Shown here one piece after another: positions 45,801 through 53,882 of a DNA stretch of 64,000 nucleotides. This DNA is from Actinomycetota bacterium (lineage in GTDB: Bacteria; Actinomycetota; Actinomycetes; Streptosporangiales; Streptosporangiaceae), in NCBI GenBank assembly GCA_027314595.1, contig DAHVAN010000335.1, forward strand, positions 19,422-83,421. The letters run 5' to 3'. A program made the translations under genes and the position numbers. How positions within the stretch are numbered: the first letter of the stretch is position 1; every line of letters begins with the position of its first letter. Under the pieces are notes generated by a model, which worked only from the letters and a program-made list of their open reading frames with translations, made no database searches and was not told the DNA's origin.

Positions 45801-48473
45801 TTCCTGGGCGGCGAGGGTCTCGTCCATGTTCAGCACCCAGGACTCGTCCGCGATCTTGTCGCGGACCTCGATGCGGCGCTGCTCCAGGATCGCCTGGGCC
45901 AGGGATGTGGCGGGGTAGCGGCTGGTGCCCCAGGTGGAGGTGGCCAGGACCGTGTCCCGGTTGCCGCGGACGGTCCAGACCTGCCCGCCGGGATGCTCGA
46001 CCCGCACGCCGGGGTCGGCGAGGATCTCGGCGAGGAAATCCCGGACGTGGGAAGCGTCGATCCAGGAGGCGCCGAGCCGGGCGTCGATCTCGGACGGCAT
46101 CAGGTCGGGCGGGATGACCTTGCGCAGTTCCTCGGCGTTGACGTTGTAGCGGGGGTCGTCGGCGGCGGCCCGCTCGGCGGCCTCCAGCTTGTCGCGGACC
46201 TTGCCGGACAGGTATTCCGCGGCCGGGATGAGCCGGCCGGTCCCGGGGTCGTCGAAGGCGAGGGTGCCCAGCTCGCGGCGTGCGTCCTCCTCGTCGGTGC
46301 CGAGCAGCCGGGCGATGGCGTCCAGCCGGGCCTCGCCGAGGACGTCCAGGCAGATCGCCAGCGCGTCGGCGCCGTTGTCAGCGCCGAGGCGGGGGTTGCG
46401 GGGGGCGATGACACGGCCGGTGAAGATCGCGGCCTTGGCGGCGGTCTGGCTGACCGGGTCGAATTCCTCCAGCGCCTGCACGAGGGGGGCGAACGGGTCG
46501 GAGCGGAAGCCGCCCTGCGGCGGGCGGACGCGGGCCAGTTTCTCCCCGCCCGTGTCCGGGTCGGGGCGGCCGGTGGCCCGCCAGGAGAACCGGTTGACCG
46601 TGCCGTAGGCCCGCACGTAGTCGTCGTAGCGCCGGTTGAGGTCGCGGCGCAGGGCGTCCAGCTCGGGGGTGCTCTCCCGGGATGCCGCCTCGGCGTCCAG
46701 CAGGCCGGTGACCGCGTCGCGGAGCCCGAGCAGTGCGCGCAGCTCGGCTGCCTGGGTGCCGGGGACCGCGAACGGGACGGCATGTCCCTGGGCAACCTGG
46801 GTGAAGGTGCCGTCGCGGTGCGCTTCCAGGTAGCCGTCCGGGTGATCAGACCGCGTCCCGGTTTCCGCCGGGCGGGCCTGGTCCGGTGCGGCGGTCCAGG
46901 CCAGGCCGCGGGCCGGGGCGGCGTCGGCGATGCGGGCCAGGGCGCGGGCCAGGGCCGCGGTGGTGTCTCCTGACGCGGCGACGACCAGGTCCTCGGCGCT
47001 GTAGGCGCCGCGGGTGACGCGCATCTGTCCGAGCACGGCACCGGGGTTGGCGAGGAAGTACTCGTTGACCGGGATCTGGACGCCGTCGATCTCGGCGGTC
47101 CGGGTCTGCTCCCAGGCGGTGGGGTCCGGGTCGCGGCCGGGTTCGCGGCGGCGGAAGATCAGCAGGTCGGTGATGACCTTGGTGCCGGCGGCCTGCTGGT
47201 GCGCGCCGCTGGGCAGCCGGACGGCCCCGGCCAGGTCGGCCAGGGCGGCGATCTCGCGGCGGGCGGCGGGGTTGCGGGCATCCATGGTGTAGCGGCTGGT
47301 CACCACGGCGACCAGGCCGCCCGGCCGTACCAGGTGCAGGCTCTTGATGATGAAGTGGTTGTGGATGCTGTGCCCGCCGGGGTTGTGCCGCCCGTCGGTG
47401 AGGGCGAAATTGCCGAACGGGACGTTGCCGATGGCCAGGTCGAAGCTGTCTTCGGGGGCGCGGGTGTCGGCGAACGACTCGTTGGCGATGTCGGCGTCCG
47501 GGTAGAGCTTCGCGGCGATCGAGGCGGTGACGGGGTCCAGTTCCACGCCCGTGACCTGGACGCCGCGGGGTGCGAAGCCGATGAAGTTCCCGCTGCCGCA
47601 CCCTGCTTCCAGGACCCGGCCCCCGGCGAAGCCGAGCTGCTGTACCCCTGTCCAGATGGCCTGGACGAGGGCGGCGTCGGTGTAGTGCGCGTTGAGGGTG
47701 TTGCGGGCGGCGGCCGACAGCTCCCCTGGTGTCGCCAGCCGGGACAGTTCCTCGCGTGCCCAGGCGAACTCGGGCTTGCCGTCGTCGAAGACGTCCGGGA
47801 CCGCACCCCACCCGGACCACCGGGCCAGGGCAGACTGCTCCTCCGGTAGGGCCGGGCGGTCCTCCCGCTCGATCGCGCGCAGGGCGGCGAGCGCTGCGAG
47901 GTTCGCGCGGACGCGGGCGACGGAACCAGACGGGGCCAGGTCGTCCTGGCCCCGGGGCCGGAACCGCGGGGCGGCGGTTAGCTGCCCTGGATCCGTTCCT
48001 CCTGCTCGGCGTTGATCTCCGCCCACATCGGGTGGCTGCGGCCGATCACCAGGGGCCGCTGCGTGCTCGCCGGCGGCGGGTCGTTCTCCTCCGGGTCCTG
48101 GCTGGCGCCCGGCTCGGGCGGCGGCAGGATCTGCTGCGGCAGGACGATCTCCTCGGCCTGGCTGCGGGCCGCGGCCAGTCGGCCCGCCCTGGCCAGGTAG
48201 TCCTCCCCGGGCTGGCCGTCGCCCGCCAGCTCCGTCGTCAGCTCGTCGATCTGCCGGGCTGCTTCCTGCCCAATCTCCGAGAAGTAGCTGTCCGGGTCGC
48301 TGATCGCTGCGTACTGCTGCGGCAGCCACCGTGCCCAGTGGCTGCGGGCCATCGCGCCGTACCTGTTCACCCTCGTGTTCTCCTTCCTGTTCCTCTGCCA
48401 GTTTCAGCAGGTCCTCGAAGCTGAGCTGGCCTTCGACGTGCTTGAAGTAATCCCGGCGCCGTTTCGCTACCAC
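42891..48473 (-). CDS. Large DNA methyltransferase - SF2 helicase fusion (DarB-like)
   Basis: 'VLEAGCGSGNF', 'IGNVPF', 'HEVGAGKT', 'DEAH', 'ATATP', 'QREGRILRQGN'. GTG 48473 behind a GGGGGTGAG RBS. Confidence 0.88.
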   Translation of the reverse strand: MVAKRRRDYFKHVEGQLSFEDLLKLAEEQEGEHEGEQVRRDGPQPLGTVAAAAVRSDQRPGQLLLGDWAGSSPADRRADDGAGGRRPARGGLPGQGGPTGRGPQPGRGDRPAAADPAAARAGRQPGPGGERPAAGEHAAAPGDRPQPPDVGGDQRRAGGTDPGQLTAAPRFRPRGQDDLAPSGSVARVRANLAALAALRAIEREDRPALPEEQSALARWSGWGAVPDVFDDGKPEFAWAREELSRLATPGELSAAARNTLNAHYTDAALVQAIWTGVQQLGFAGGRVLEAGCGSGNFIGFAPRGVQVTGVELDPVTASIAAKLYPDADIANESFADTRAPEDSFDLAIGNVPFGNFALTDGRHNPGGHSIHNHFIIKSLHLVRPGGLVAVVTSRYTMDARNPAARREIAALADLAGAVRLPSGAHQQAAGTKVITDLLIFRRREPGRDPDPTAWEQTRTAEIDGVQIPVNEYFLANPGAVLGQMRVTRGAYSAEDLVVAASGDTTAALARALARIADAAPARGLAWTAAPDQARPAETGTRSDHPDGYLEAHRDGTFTQVAQGHAVPFAVPGTQAAELRALLGLRDAVTGLLDAEAASRESTPELDALRRDLNRRYDDYVRAYGTVNRFSWRATGRPDPDTGGEKLARVRPPQGGFRSDPFAPLVQALEEFDPVSQTAAKAAIFTGRVIAPRNPRLGADNGADALAICLDVLGEARLDAIARLLGTDEEDARRELGTLAFDDPGTGRLIPAAEYLSGKVRDKLEAAERAAADDPRYNVNAEELRKVIPPDLMPSEIDARLGASWIDASHVRDFLAEILADPGVRVEHPGGQVWTVRGNRDTVLATSTWGTSRYPATSLAQAILEQRRIEVRDKIADESWVLNMDETLAAQEKAGELAERFRDWAWEDPARAGKLAAVYNRLFNDVVLRSYDDASLSLPGLALSFEPRPHQVAAVARIIHEPAVGLFHEVGAGKTAEMTMGAMELRRLKLVNKPAIVVPNHMLEQFSREFLQLYPQAKVLVTQREDLQASRRRQFTARCATGDWDAVIMSRSAFERIPMSADAQREYLGAEVDRMKDFIQASRERDGMSVKRLQGALLRAEERIKKKLDSAKDPGITFEATGIDYLFIDEAHGYKNLRTPSNIPDAAIDGSMRASDLDMKISYLAGRNGRRVVTFATATPIANSITEAYVMQHYLRPDLLESAGITDFDTWAATFGETVDQIEMAPEGGSSFRQKTRFARFTNVPEMLRRWHVSADIKTGEDLKLPVPALARRPADGQRAPETVISQPSDGQLDVMEELGDRADAIRKREVMPEEDNMLKVCMDGRKAALDLRLLGRPMTVPGKIGTAAGRIADLWQAHRDDVYPGPDGQAAPVRGSLQLVFCDIGTPGDDWNVYDELRDQLTARGMPRDAIKFVHDAKTDRDKGELFAACRAGTVAVLIGSTEKMGVGTNVQFRAIALHHLDCPWRPADVAQREGRILRQGNHNGEVQILRYVTERSFDGYMWQTVERKARFIAQVMRGRLDVREIEDIGDAALSYSEVKALATGNPLLMDKAEADAELTRLERAERAWLRNHDALRQKVAANLRRVAELEALTGQIGTAISRRRNTRGDAFTMTLGTARFTKRNDAGEQLKNLIAALHEALLKSSHRQLGERPGQLAGFDVTVVAERVLGTASVTIALDGAPGAELRMEPADIRAHDPGKLIVRLEGRLAGLESLKTRTLTDIDRLTTEADRARDDLDKPFTQASQLAAARERVREIGEKLKHEAAPPRRDADWAARTLQNPDDPDWLAAAAMHDAAAMAGMMPGSSVVVLTHHGRSQEPVEAARRDFPETNPLAAPAPDGSPAPRPPGLPARGPRPSL
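47978..48370 (-). CDS. TnpV-like small protein nested within the helicase ORF
   Basis: 'MNRYGAMARSHW...Y', 'AEEIV'; own GAAGGAG RBS. Confidence 0.75.
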   Translation of the reverse strand: MNRYGAMARSHWARWLPQQYAAISDPDSYFSEIGQEAARQIDELTTELAGDGQPGEDYLARAGRLAAARSQAEEIVLPQQILPPPEPGASQDPEENDPPPASTQRPLVIGRSHPMWAEINAEQEERIQGS

Positions 48474-48592
48474 CGCGGGCTCACCCCCGTCGTGAGTGCT
48501 GGGCAAGACCGGGACGGGGCCGCGGGTCCGCCTGGCCGGCGGTGGCCGCTACTGACGTCTAGAGGCATCGTAGGCATCCCCCTCCACAATGG

Positions 48593-48640
48593 TCAACTGA
48601 AATTGATAGATGATCTTTATTGATTTATATTGAGTTGATC
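48593..48640. promoter_or_regulatory. AT-rich promoter region with TCAAC/GTTGA sites upstream of the helicase
   Basis: TCAAC-TGAA-ATTGA 48593-48606; AGTTGATC near 48633. Confidence 0.5.
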
Positions 48641-48689
48641 TTGTCGGCGGGCGGGAGCGCGGCTTGCCAGGCACGGTCGACCTCTTCTC

Positions 48690-49181
48690 CTACCTGGGCG
48701 GGGTGCTGCCCGGCTGCGGGCGGCCCGTGCGGGCACGCGCGGGCGGGATCGCGGGCGGCCCGGAGGCCTGTGCCGCGGGCTTGGCGGCTGCCTGAAGCGC
48801 AGCGGCGGTCAGCCCGGCGGGGAAATCGGCTGCCGACAGCCGCGCGGCCTGCGCCATGATGACCGGCTCCGTGGCTGGTTCGGTACCGGGAGCGCTGAGC
48901 GTGGCCGTGGCCGCGCTGACGTGGGCGCAGCCGCTCAGCAGACTGCCGATGCCTTCGGCGAGCTGCTGTTTCGCCTGCTCGTCGCCTGTGGCCTGGGCGA
49001 TGCCGTCAATGCAGACAGCCAGATCAGCGATCGCGTGATGCAGGCGCGGCAGAATGGCGCGGTGATCATCCTCGGTGAGTTCCCAGGGGAAGGGGTCGGC
49101 GGGGTCGGTGTAGCCGCGGAGTTCCTCAGCGGCGTCCGCGGCCATCCGCGCGAGCTGGCGGGCCGGATGGTCGGCCATCAC
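48690..49181 (-). CDS. Helical hypothetical protein with FP tail; paralog of 51642-52133
   Basis: GTGA-coupled to the DUF4913 gene. Confidence 0.7.
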   Translation of the reverse strand: MMADHPARQLARMAADAAEELRGYTDPADPFPWELTEDDHRAILPRLHHAIADLAVCIDGIAQATGDEQAKQQLAEGIGSLLSGCAHVSAATATLSAPGTEPATEPVIMAQAARLSAADFPAGLTAAALQAAAKPAAQASGPPAIPPARARTGRPQPGSTPPR

Positions 49182-49630
49182 GCCTCAGTTTCCTCAGCGC
49201 GGCCGGGAAGGCTCGCGTCAGCCGATGGCGTGGATGGGCGCGGGCTGATGTCCCACCAGTCGGGCGGCGGCTGCTCGCAGGTGGCCTGGCGGGGGTCGAT
49301 GTGCTCATCTTCGGAGCACATCGCGAACGGCCCGGCCCTGCCGAGCAGGACCGGGAGCTGGTGGTCGAGGTGGTCTCGCAGCCAGGTGGCCATCCCGGTA
49401 CCGGGCTGAAGGCGGAGCGCCTCCCAGGTATGCCACAGCGCGGTCAGCCGGGTGATCGCCTCGGCGTGCCGCCACCACTGTGCGCACCACCGGTACTCCC
49501 CGCCCAGCGGGCGGCGGAACATCGGCAGGAAGTGGCTGGTCACCCACTCTTCCACGCTGCTGTACACCGGCTGAGGTGCTGGCGTGCCGTCACCATTGGC
49601 GGATGGCCCGGTGCCGGGCTGGATGGTCAT
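49178..49630 (-). CDS. DUF4913 family protein
   Basis: 'WCAQWWRHAEAITRLTALWHTWEALR...W..HLDH...GPF..C'. Confidence 0.85.
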   Translation of the reverse strand: MTIQPGTGPSANGDGTPAPQPVYSSVEEWVTSHFLPMFRRPLGGEYRWCAQWWRHAEAITRLTALWHTWEALRLQPGTGMATWLRDHLDHQLPVLLGRAGPFAMCSEDEHIDPRQATCEQPPPDWWDISPRPSTPSADASLPGRAEETEA

Positions 49631-51459
49631 GACGGGATCTCCTCTCCGTACGGGACCGAGCGGGCCGCCGGGCGCGTGTGGCTGTGGTCATCCTGGGCGG
49701 CGCGCTGCATAGCGGCCTCGGCCCGGCCGATGGCCGCGGTGATCTGGGCGGCCTGCGGGCCGGAGTACCACGGCCGCAGGCCGATCAGCGCGGGCCGGGC
49801 GCCGGTCGCCAGAAGCAGCGCCGAGCCCGGCGCCAGGGCGCGGATGTCGGCCGCCTCCAGGATCTCCTGGCGGCGCAGCGACACCTGCTGGCTGGTCCGG
49901 CCGTCGCCGTAGCTGACCGAGATGACCGGCACGTCGTGCTGGCCGACCAGGGTGGCCAGGTCCCGGGCGTGCCGCGGGTCATCGATGCCGGCGCCGATGA
50001 CCTTCTTGGTCGAGGCGCCCCACAGCGCGGCCATGCCGGGCTCGCCCCAGACCGCGACGCCCTGCTGGTAGGACTGCAAGATGGTGACCGGCACCATGCC
50101 GCGGGAGCCGAGGTGGGAGTACAGCTCGGGCAGGTCCGCGATCCGGCAGATGTTGGCCGCCTCGTCCAGGATGACCGTCATGGGCGGGTCGAGCCGCCCG
50201 CCGTTTCGCTCGGCTTGGCGCCGCCCGGCCCGCATCACCGTGTCGGTCAGCGCGGCGATCAGCGGGGACGCCGCTGACCGGGACTCGGTCAGCAGGTAGA
50301 GGGTGTCCCGGCCGGCCGCGAACGCCGCCGGGCCGAACGCGGGCAGCTGTCTGCCGCGTGGTGGTGCGACCCACGCCATGATGTCCTCGTCGTTGATGCA
50401 TTTCGCTGCGGTGCGGGCGGTCTGGTAGATCCCGTCGCGGGTTTCCGGTGCGCCGTGCTGTGCGCCGCGCAGGCTGGCGGCCAGGGCGCCGAACCCGGCT
50501 GCGGCGAGCAGTTCGGCGGGGATCGGGGAGACGGCGTCGGCCAGCCACCGGCCGCACTCGCGCAGCGACCGGCCCGAGGACGCGGCGGCCAGGAACAGGG
50601 CGCACAGCAGGTCCTGGGCGGCGGGCCCCCACAGGTCGCGTTTGGTGTTGTCATCCACCGTGAGGACGAAATGGGCGGCGAGCCGGTGGGCGGCCTCGAC
50701 GCTGGCCAGCCCGTCCAGCGGATTCCACCACCACCGCTGCCGGGAGCCGGTGATCCGCTGCGGGTCGAACAGCCACACGCCGCTGCCCGATCCGGTGCGC
50801 AGCTGCGCGGTGGCGGCCCACAGGTCGGCCTTGTTCGACGTGGCGACGACAGCGCCGGGCGCGGACAGGACGTAGGGGATGCTCAGCGCGGTCGTCTTGC
50901 CCGAGCGGGGCGCCATGAACGCGGTGATGGTGTCTTCCCACGACGCGAACAGGGCCGGGCCGCGGCCGGCAGTCCGCTTGAGGTCACCGAGCAGCAGCCC
51001 GGTATCGGCCGCCGGCAGCGACCGCGGATTAGACCCGGCCAGCGACGGGCGGAGCCTGATGGCGGTTTTCGCGGCCGGGACCGGTGTCAGCGGCGTGATC
51101 TGCGGGTTGCCTGAGAGCGCGGCGACCGGGTCGCCGGGCCTGGGGATGCGTGTGGCAATGATCCGCCACGCGATGGTCCCGGCTGTGATGACTGCGCAGG
51201 CCAGCACGGCGGCGATCAGCGTGACCAGGACGGTGGGCGTGCCGGGCCATGCCTGGCTGGTACGCCAGCGGGCCAGGCTGATGACCCACCGTTCACCGAA
51301 CGGGGGCATACGCCGGTCGGCAAGGGCTGCGGCGATGCGCGCGGCGACCCAGGCCAGCCATGCCGCAGCGGCCAAGCCCCAGCCGATCAGCAGCACCACC
51401 CAGACCCCGGCGCCGTTGCCGGCCAGCAGCGGCATCCGCGGGCCAGCCGCCCGGGTCAT
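49627..51459 (-). CDS. Type IV coupling protein (VirD4/TraG-like)
   Basis: Two N-terminal TMs, 'APRSGKTT', 'ILDEAANIC', 'SRG..ILQS'. Confidence 0.9.
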   Translation of the reverse strand: MTRAAGPRMPLLAGNGAGVWVVLLIGWGLAAAAWLAWVAARIAAALADRRMPPFGERWVISLARWRTSQAWPGTPTVLVTLIAAVLACAVITAGTIAWRIIATRIPRPGDPVAALSGNPQITPLTPVPAAKTAIRLRPSLAGSNPRSLPAADTGLLLGDLKRTAGRGPALFASWEDTITAFMAPRSGKTTALSIPYVLSAPGAVVATSNKADLWAATAQLRTGSGSGVWLFDPQRITGSRQRWWWNPLDGLASVEAAHRLAAHFVLTVDDNTKRDLWGPAAQDLLCALFLAAASSGRSLRECGRWLADAVSPIPAELLAAAGFGALAASLRGAQHGAPETRDGIYQTARTAAKCINDEDIMAWVAPPRGRQLPAFGPAAFAAGRDTLYLLTESRSAASPLIAALTDTVMRAGRRQAERNGGRLDPPMTVILDEAANICRIADLPELYSHLGSRGMVPVTILQSYQQGVAVWGEPGMAALWGASTKKVIGAGIDDPRHARDLATLVGQHDVPVISVSYGDGRTSQQVSLRRQEILEAADIRALAPGSALLLATGARPALIGLRPWYSGPQAAQITAAIGRAEAAMQRAAQDDHSHTRPAARSVPYGEEIPS

Positions 51460-51641
51460 GATCCCAGCCCCCGGGCCGGGCCCGCCTTCTGAGGCCGGGC
51501 GGCCAGACCGCCCAAGGTTGCGCCGCTGTCGACCGGGCGCGGAGTGTTCCGCGGGCGGCCCGGCCGCCGCCTGGCCGTGAGCGTGGCGGGCCAGTCTTGG
51601 GGTACGGACATCGCTGTCGTCATCGGCTCAGCCGGGTCCGG

Positions 51642-52133
51642 TTAGCGCGGGTGCCTGGTACCGGGGCCTGGGTTGTTACCCGGCCGGGACGGGACGGCTA
51701 GGCCAGCCTCGGGCGTGGCGAGCGAGGCGCCGCTGGCTGGCCCGGTGGCCGCTCCGTCCGGGAAGCCCTGTGCGGCCACGTCCTGCTGGGAGCGGGTGCC
51801 CGGCGGGCTGGGCGGGGCGCCGAATAGCGTCTCGCCCGCACGTATTGCCTCTTCGCCTTGCTCGATCAGGCGGACGCCTTCGGCGACCACCCTTGCTTTC
51901 TCCGGATCCGCCTGGTCACTGGCGACGATATGGGTAATCACGTCAGACAGCGACCCGATCGTCCGGCGCAGGTACGGGATCAGGGCGGCTAGCTCGGCAC
52001 GGGTGAGATCCTGCGGCCAGTCGGCGCCAGGCTCGATGAAGTCCCTGGTCGGGGCGAAGAAAACCGCTATGTCGTGGGTTATCTCCTCGGCGTCTCGTGC
52101 AAGGACGAGGATGAGATGCTCTTGATCTGGCAT
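51642..52133 (-). CDS. Helical hypothetical protein with FP tail
   Basis: AGGAG RBS; aligns by eye with 48690-49181. Confidence 0.72.
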   Translation of the reverse strand: MPDQEHLILVLARDAEEITHDIAVFFAPTRDFIEPGADWPQDLTRAELAALIPYLRRTIGSLSDVITHIVASDQADPEKARVVAEGVRLIEQGEEAIRAGETLFGAPPSPPGTRSQQDVAAQGFPDGAATGPASGASLATPEAGLAVPSRPGNNPGPGTRHPR

Positions 52134-52308
52134 GGCTGGCTCCTGACGATTCTTCTGGTGATTGCCGTGGCGGCATGCAGGGGCCGGGAACGCGCGGCAG
52201 CGCCGTCACGGTTCGGGCCGCCGTGCAGGTAGGGGGGACTGGCGGCAGACCCGCGGTGCTGGCCGCGCTCAGCGGAAGCTGTCCGCCATGCCTCCTCGAG
52301 CGACCACT

Positions 52309-53868
52309 TCACGGGGCATTAGTCCTTGAGTTCCGGGCAGGCCATCCAGAATCTGGACGGATGGCCTGGTCTGTGTCATAGAGGTCGTATTCGTCGCCGA
52401 CGAGGCTCAGCTCGACGGGGATGCCCAGTCGTTCGCCGGTCTTGATCAGGTACTTGCCTCTGCCGGGGTGCTTGGCGCCGGGCTGCCAGGAGTCGGGGGC
52501 CGACCAGGAGGTGACCAGTTCTTGTTCTGGCCCGGTGAGCGGGGTGATCTCGCAGACCCGTGCGAGTTCGCGGGGCGGCAGGCCGCCCATGACGGTGATG
52601 GCGCACCGTTCCACGAAGCCGCGGGCCTTGGCCCGGTCTTCCTCGCTTGATAGCGCATCGAGATCGGCGAGGGAGTGGGTGATCATGATGGTGCCCATGC
52701 CCTTGGCCCGGTTCAGCCGGGTAAGCGAGTCGGCGTACTCGACCAGGCCGGGCGCGCCGCGCAGGGCGCGCCACAGCTCGTCCATCACCGCCAGGTAGGA
52801 GCGGCGGGGGGCGAGGTGCTGTTCGGCCAGGGCTGCGGCGGCGTCGACCATCGCGTACCCGTGCGCCCAGGTGCACAGCATCGCGGCGGTGAGCAGGTGG
52901 TCACCTGCCGCGCCGACCCGGCTGATGTCCACGCTGACCGCGGGTGCGTCCAGGTCGACCGGCCGGGAGGTCTGCTGGTCGAACACGCCGGCCAGGCTGC
53001 CGGTGCAGAGCAGGTCGAGGGTGAAGACCAGGTCTGATACCCGGTCCCGGAACCCGACCGGGGTATCGGCGCGGGCAGCGGCGCGGAGGGTGTCGGGGCC
53101 TTGCTCGATGACGGCCAGGACGTCGGTGACGGCGGGCTGGGCTGAGGTGAGCCGGTCATCGAGCAGGTCGATGGCGCGGCCGAGGATGACTTCCTCGGCG
53201 TTGGTGATGGGTGCGCCGCGGATGAGCGTGCACAGGGCCATCAGCAGAGACAGGCGGCGGGAGCGGACCTCCCAGCGCAACGCCTGCGCGTCGGGGCCGC
53301 TCATCTGCCGCAACGCTGCGCCCAGGGGACCGGCGTCGAGCGGGTTGATCCGGTCCATGCCGCGGCCGACGCGGATCACCTGGCCGCCGAGGTGCTCGAC
53401 CAGCATGCTGTAGTCCGGCTTGGTGTCCCCGAGGACGAGGACCCGGGTGCCGGTGGCGACGGCTCCGGTGAGCTGCCGTTTGACCAGGGTGGATTTGCCG
53501 ACGCCCGGCTGGCCGAGGACGAACTCGCCGGGGTTGACCACCAGTCCGGCGCGCAGCCAGGCCAGCGGGTCCAGGCACACCACCTCGCCGAATAGCTGGT
53601 GCCGTCCGACCGGGGTGCCGATGGCCGGGGTGCCGGAGCCGGCGGTGAACGGGAACAGCCCGCAGACCTGGGTGGTGGTGGCCTGGTACTCCGGTGCCGC
53701 GGCGACGTGCGCGGCGCGGCCGGCGCCGGGGATCTTCCATCCCCACGGTGGCGGGACCGGTGCCTGGCGCGCGGGGTAGGCGGCGCCGGGGCCCGTCGGC
53801 GGCCAGCCGGAGGGCTGGTCTGGGCGGGCCGCGGGCCGGGGGTACCGGGCGGGGTGCAGCGATGTCAT
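52309..53868 (-). CDS. VirB4-like conjugation ATPase
   Basis: 'GQPGVGKST', 'DTKPDY', 'INPLD', 'VMDELW'; ATG 53868. Confidence 0.87.
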   Translation of the reverse strand: MTSLHPARYPRPAARPDQPSGWPPTGPGAAYPARQAPVPPPWGWKIPGAGRAAHVAAAPEYQATTTQVCGLFPFTAGSGTPAIGTPVGRHQLFGEVVCLDPLAWLRAGLVVNPGEFVLGQPGVGKSTLVKRQLTGAVATGTRVLVLGDTKPDYSMLVEHLGGQVIRVGRGMDRINPLDAGPLGAALRQMSGPDAQALRWEVRSRRLSLLMALCTLIRGAPITNAEEVILGRAIDLLDDRLTSAQPAVTDVLAVIEQGPDTLRAAARADTPVGFRDRVSDLVFTLDLLCTGSLAGVFDQQTSRPVDLDAPAVSVDISRVGAAGDHLLTAAMLCTWAHGYAMVDAAAALAEQHLAPRRSYLAVMDELWRALRGAPGLVEYADSLTRLNRAKGMGTIMITHSLADLDALSSEEDRAKARGFVERCAITVMGGLPPRELARVCEITPLTGPEQELVTSWSAPDSWQPGAKHPGRGKYLIKTGERLGIPVELSLVGDEYDLYDTDQAIRPDSGWPARNSRTNAP

Positions 53869-53882
53869 GACGGCTCCTGGTG

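Noticed and set aside
43383-46973. 1196-aa plus-strand ORF
   Set aside because: Antisense shadow of the methylase-helicase, typical of high-GC codon bias; no recognisable motifs.
51456-51623. About 55-codon minus-strand ORF overlapping the T4CP start
   Set aside because: Low-complexity, no motif; cannot be supported as a gene.
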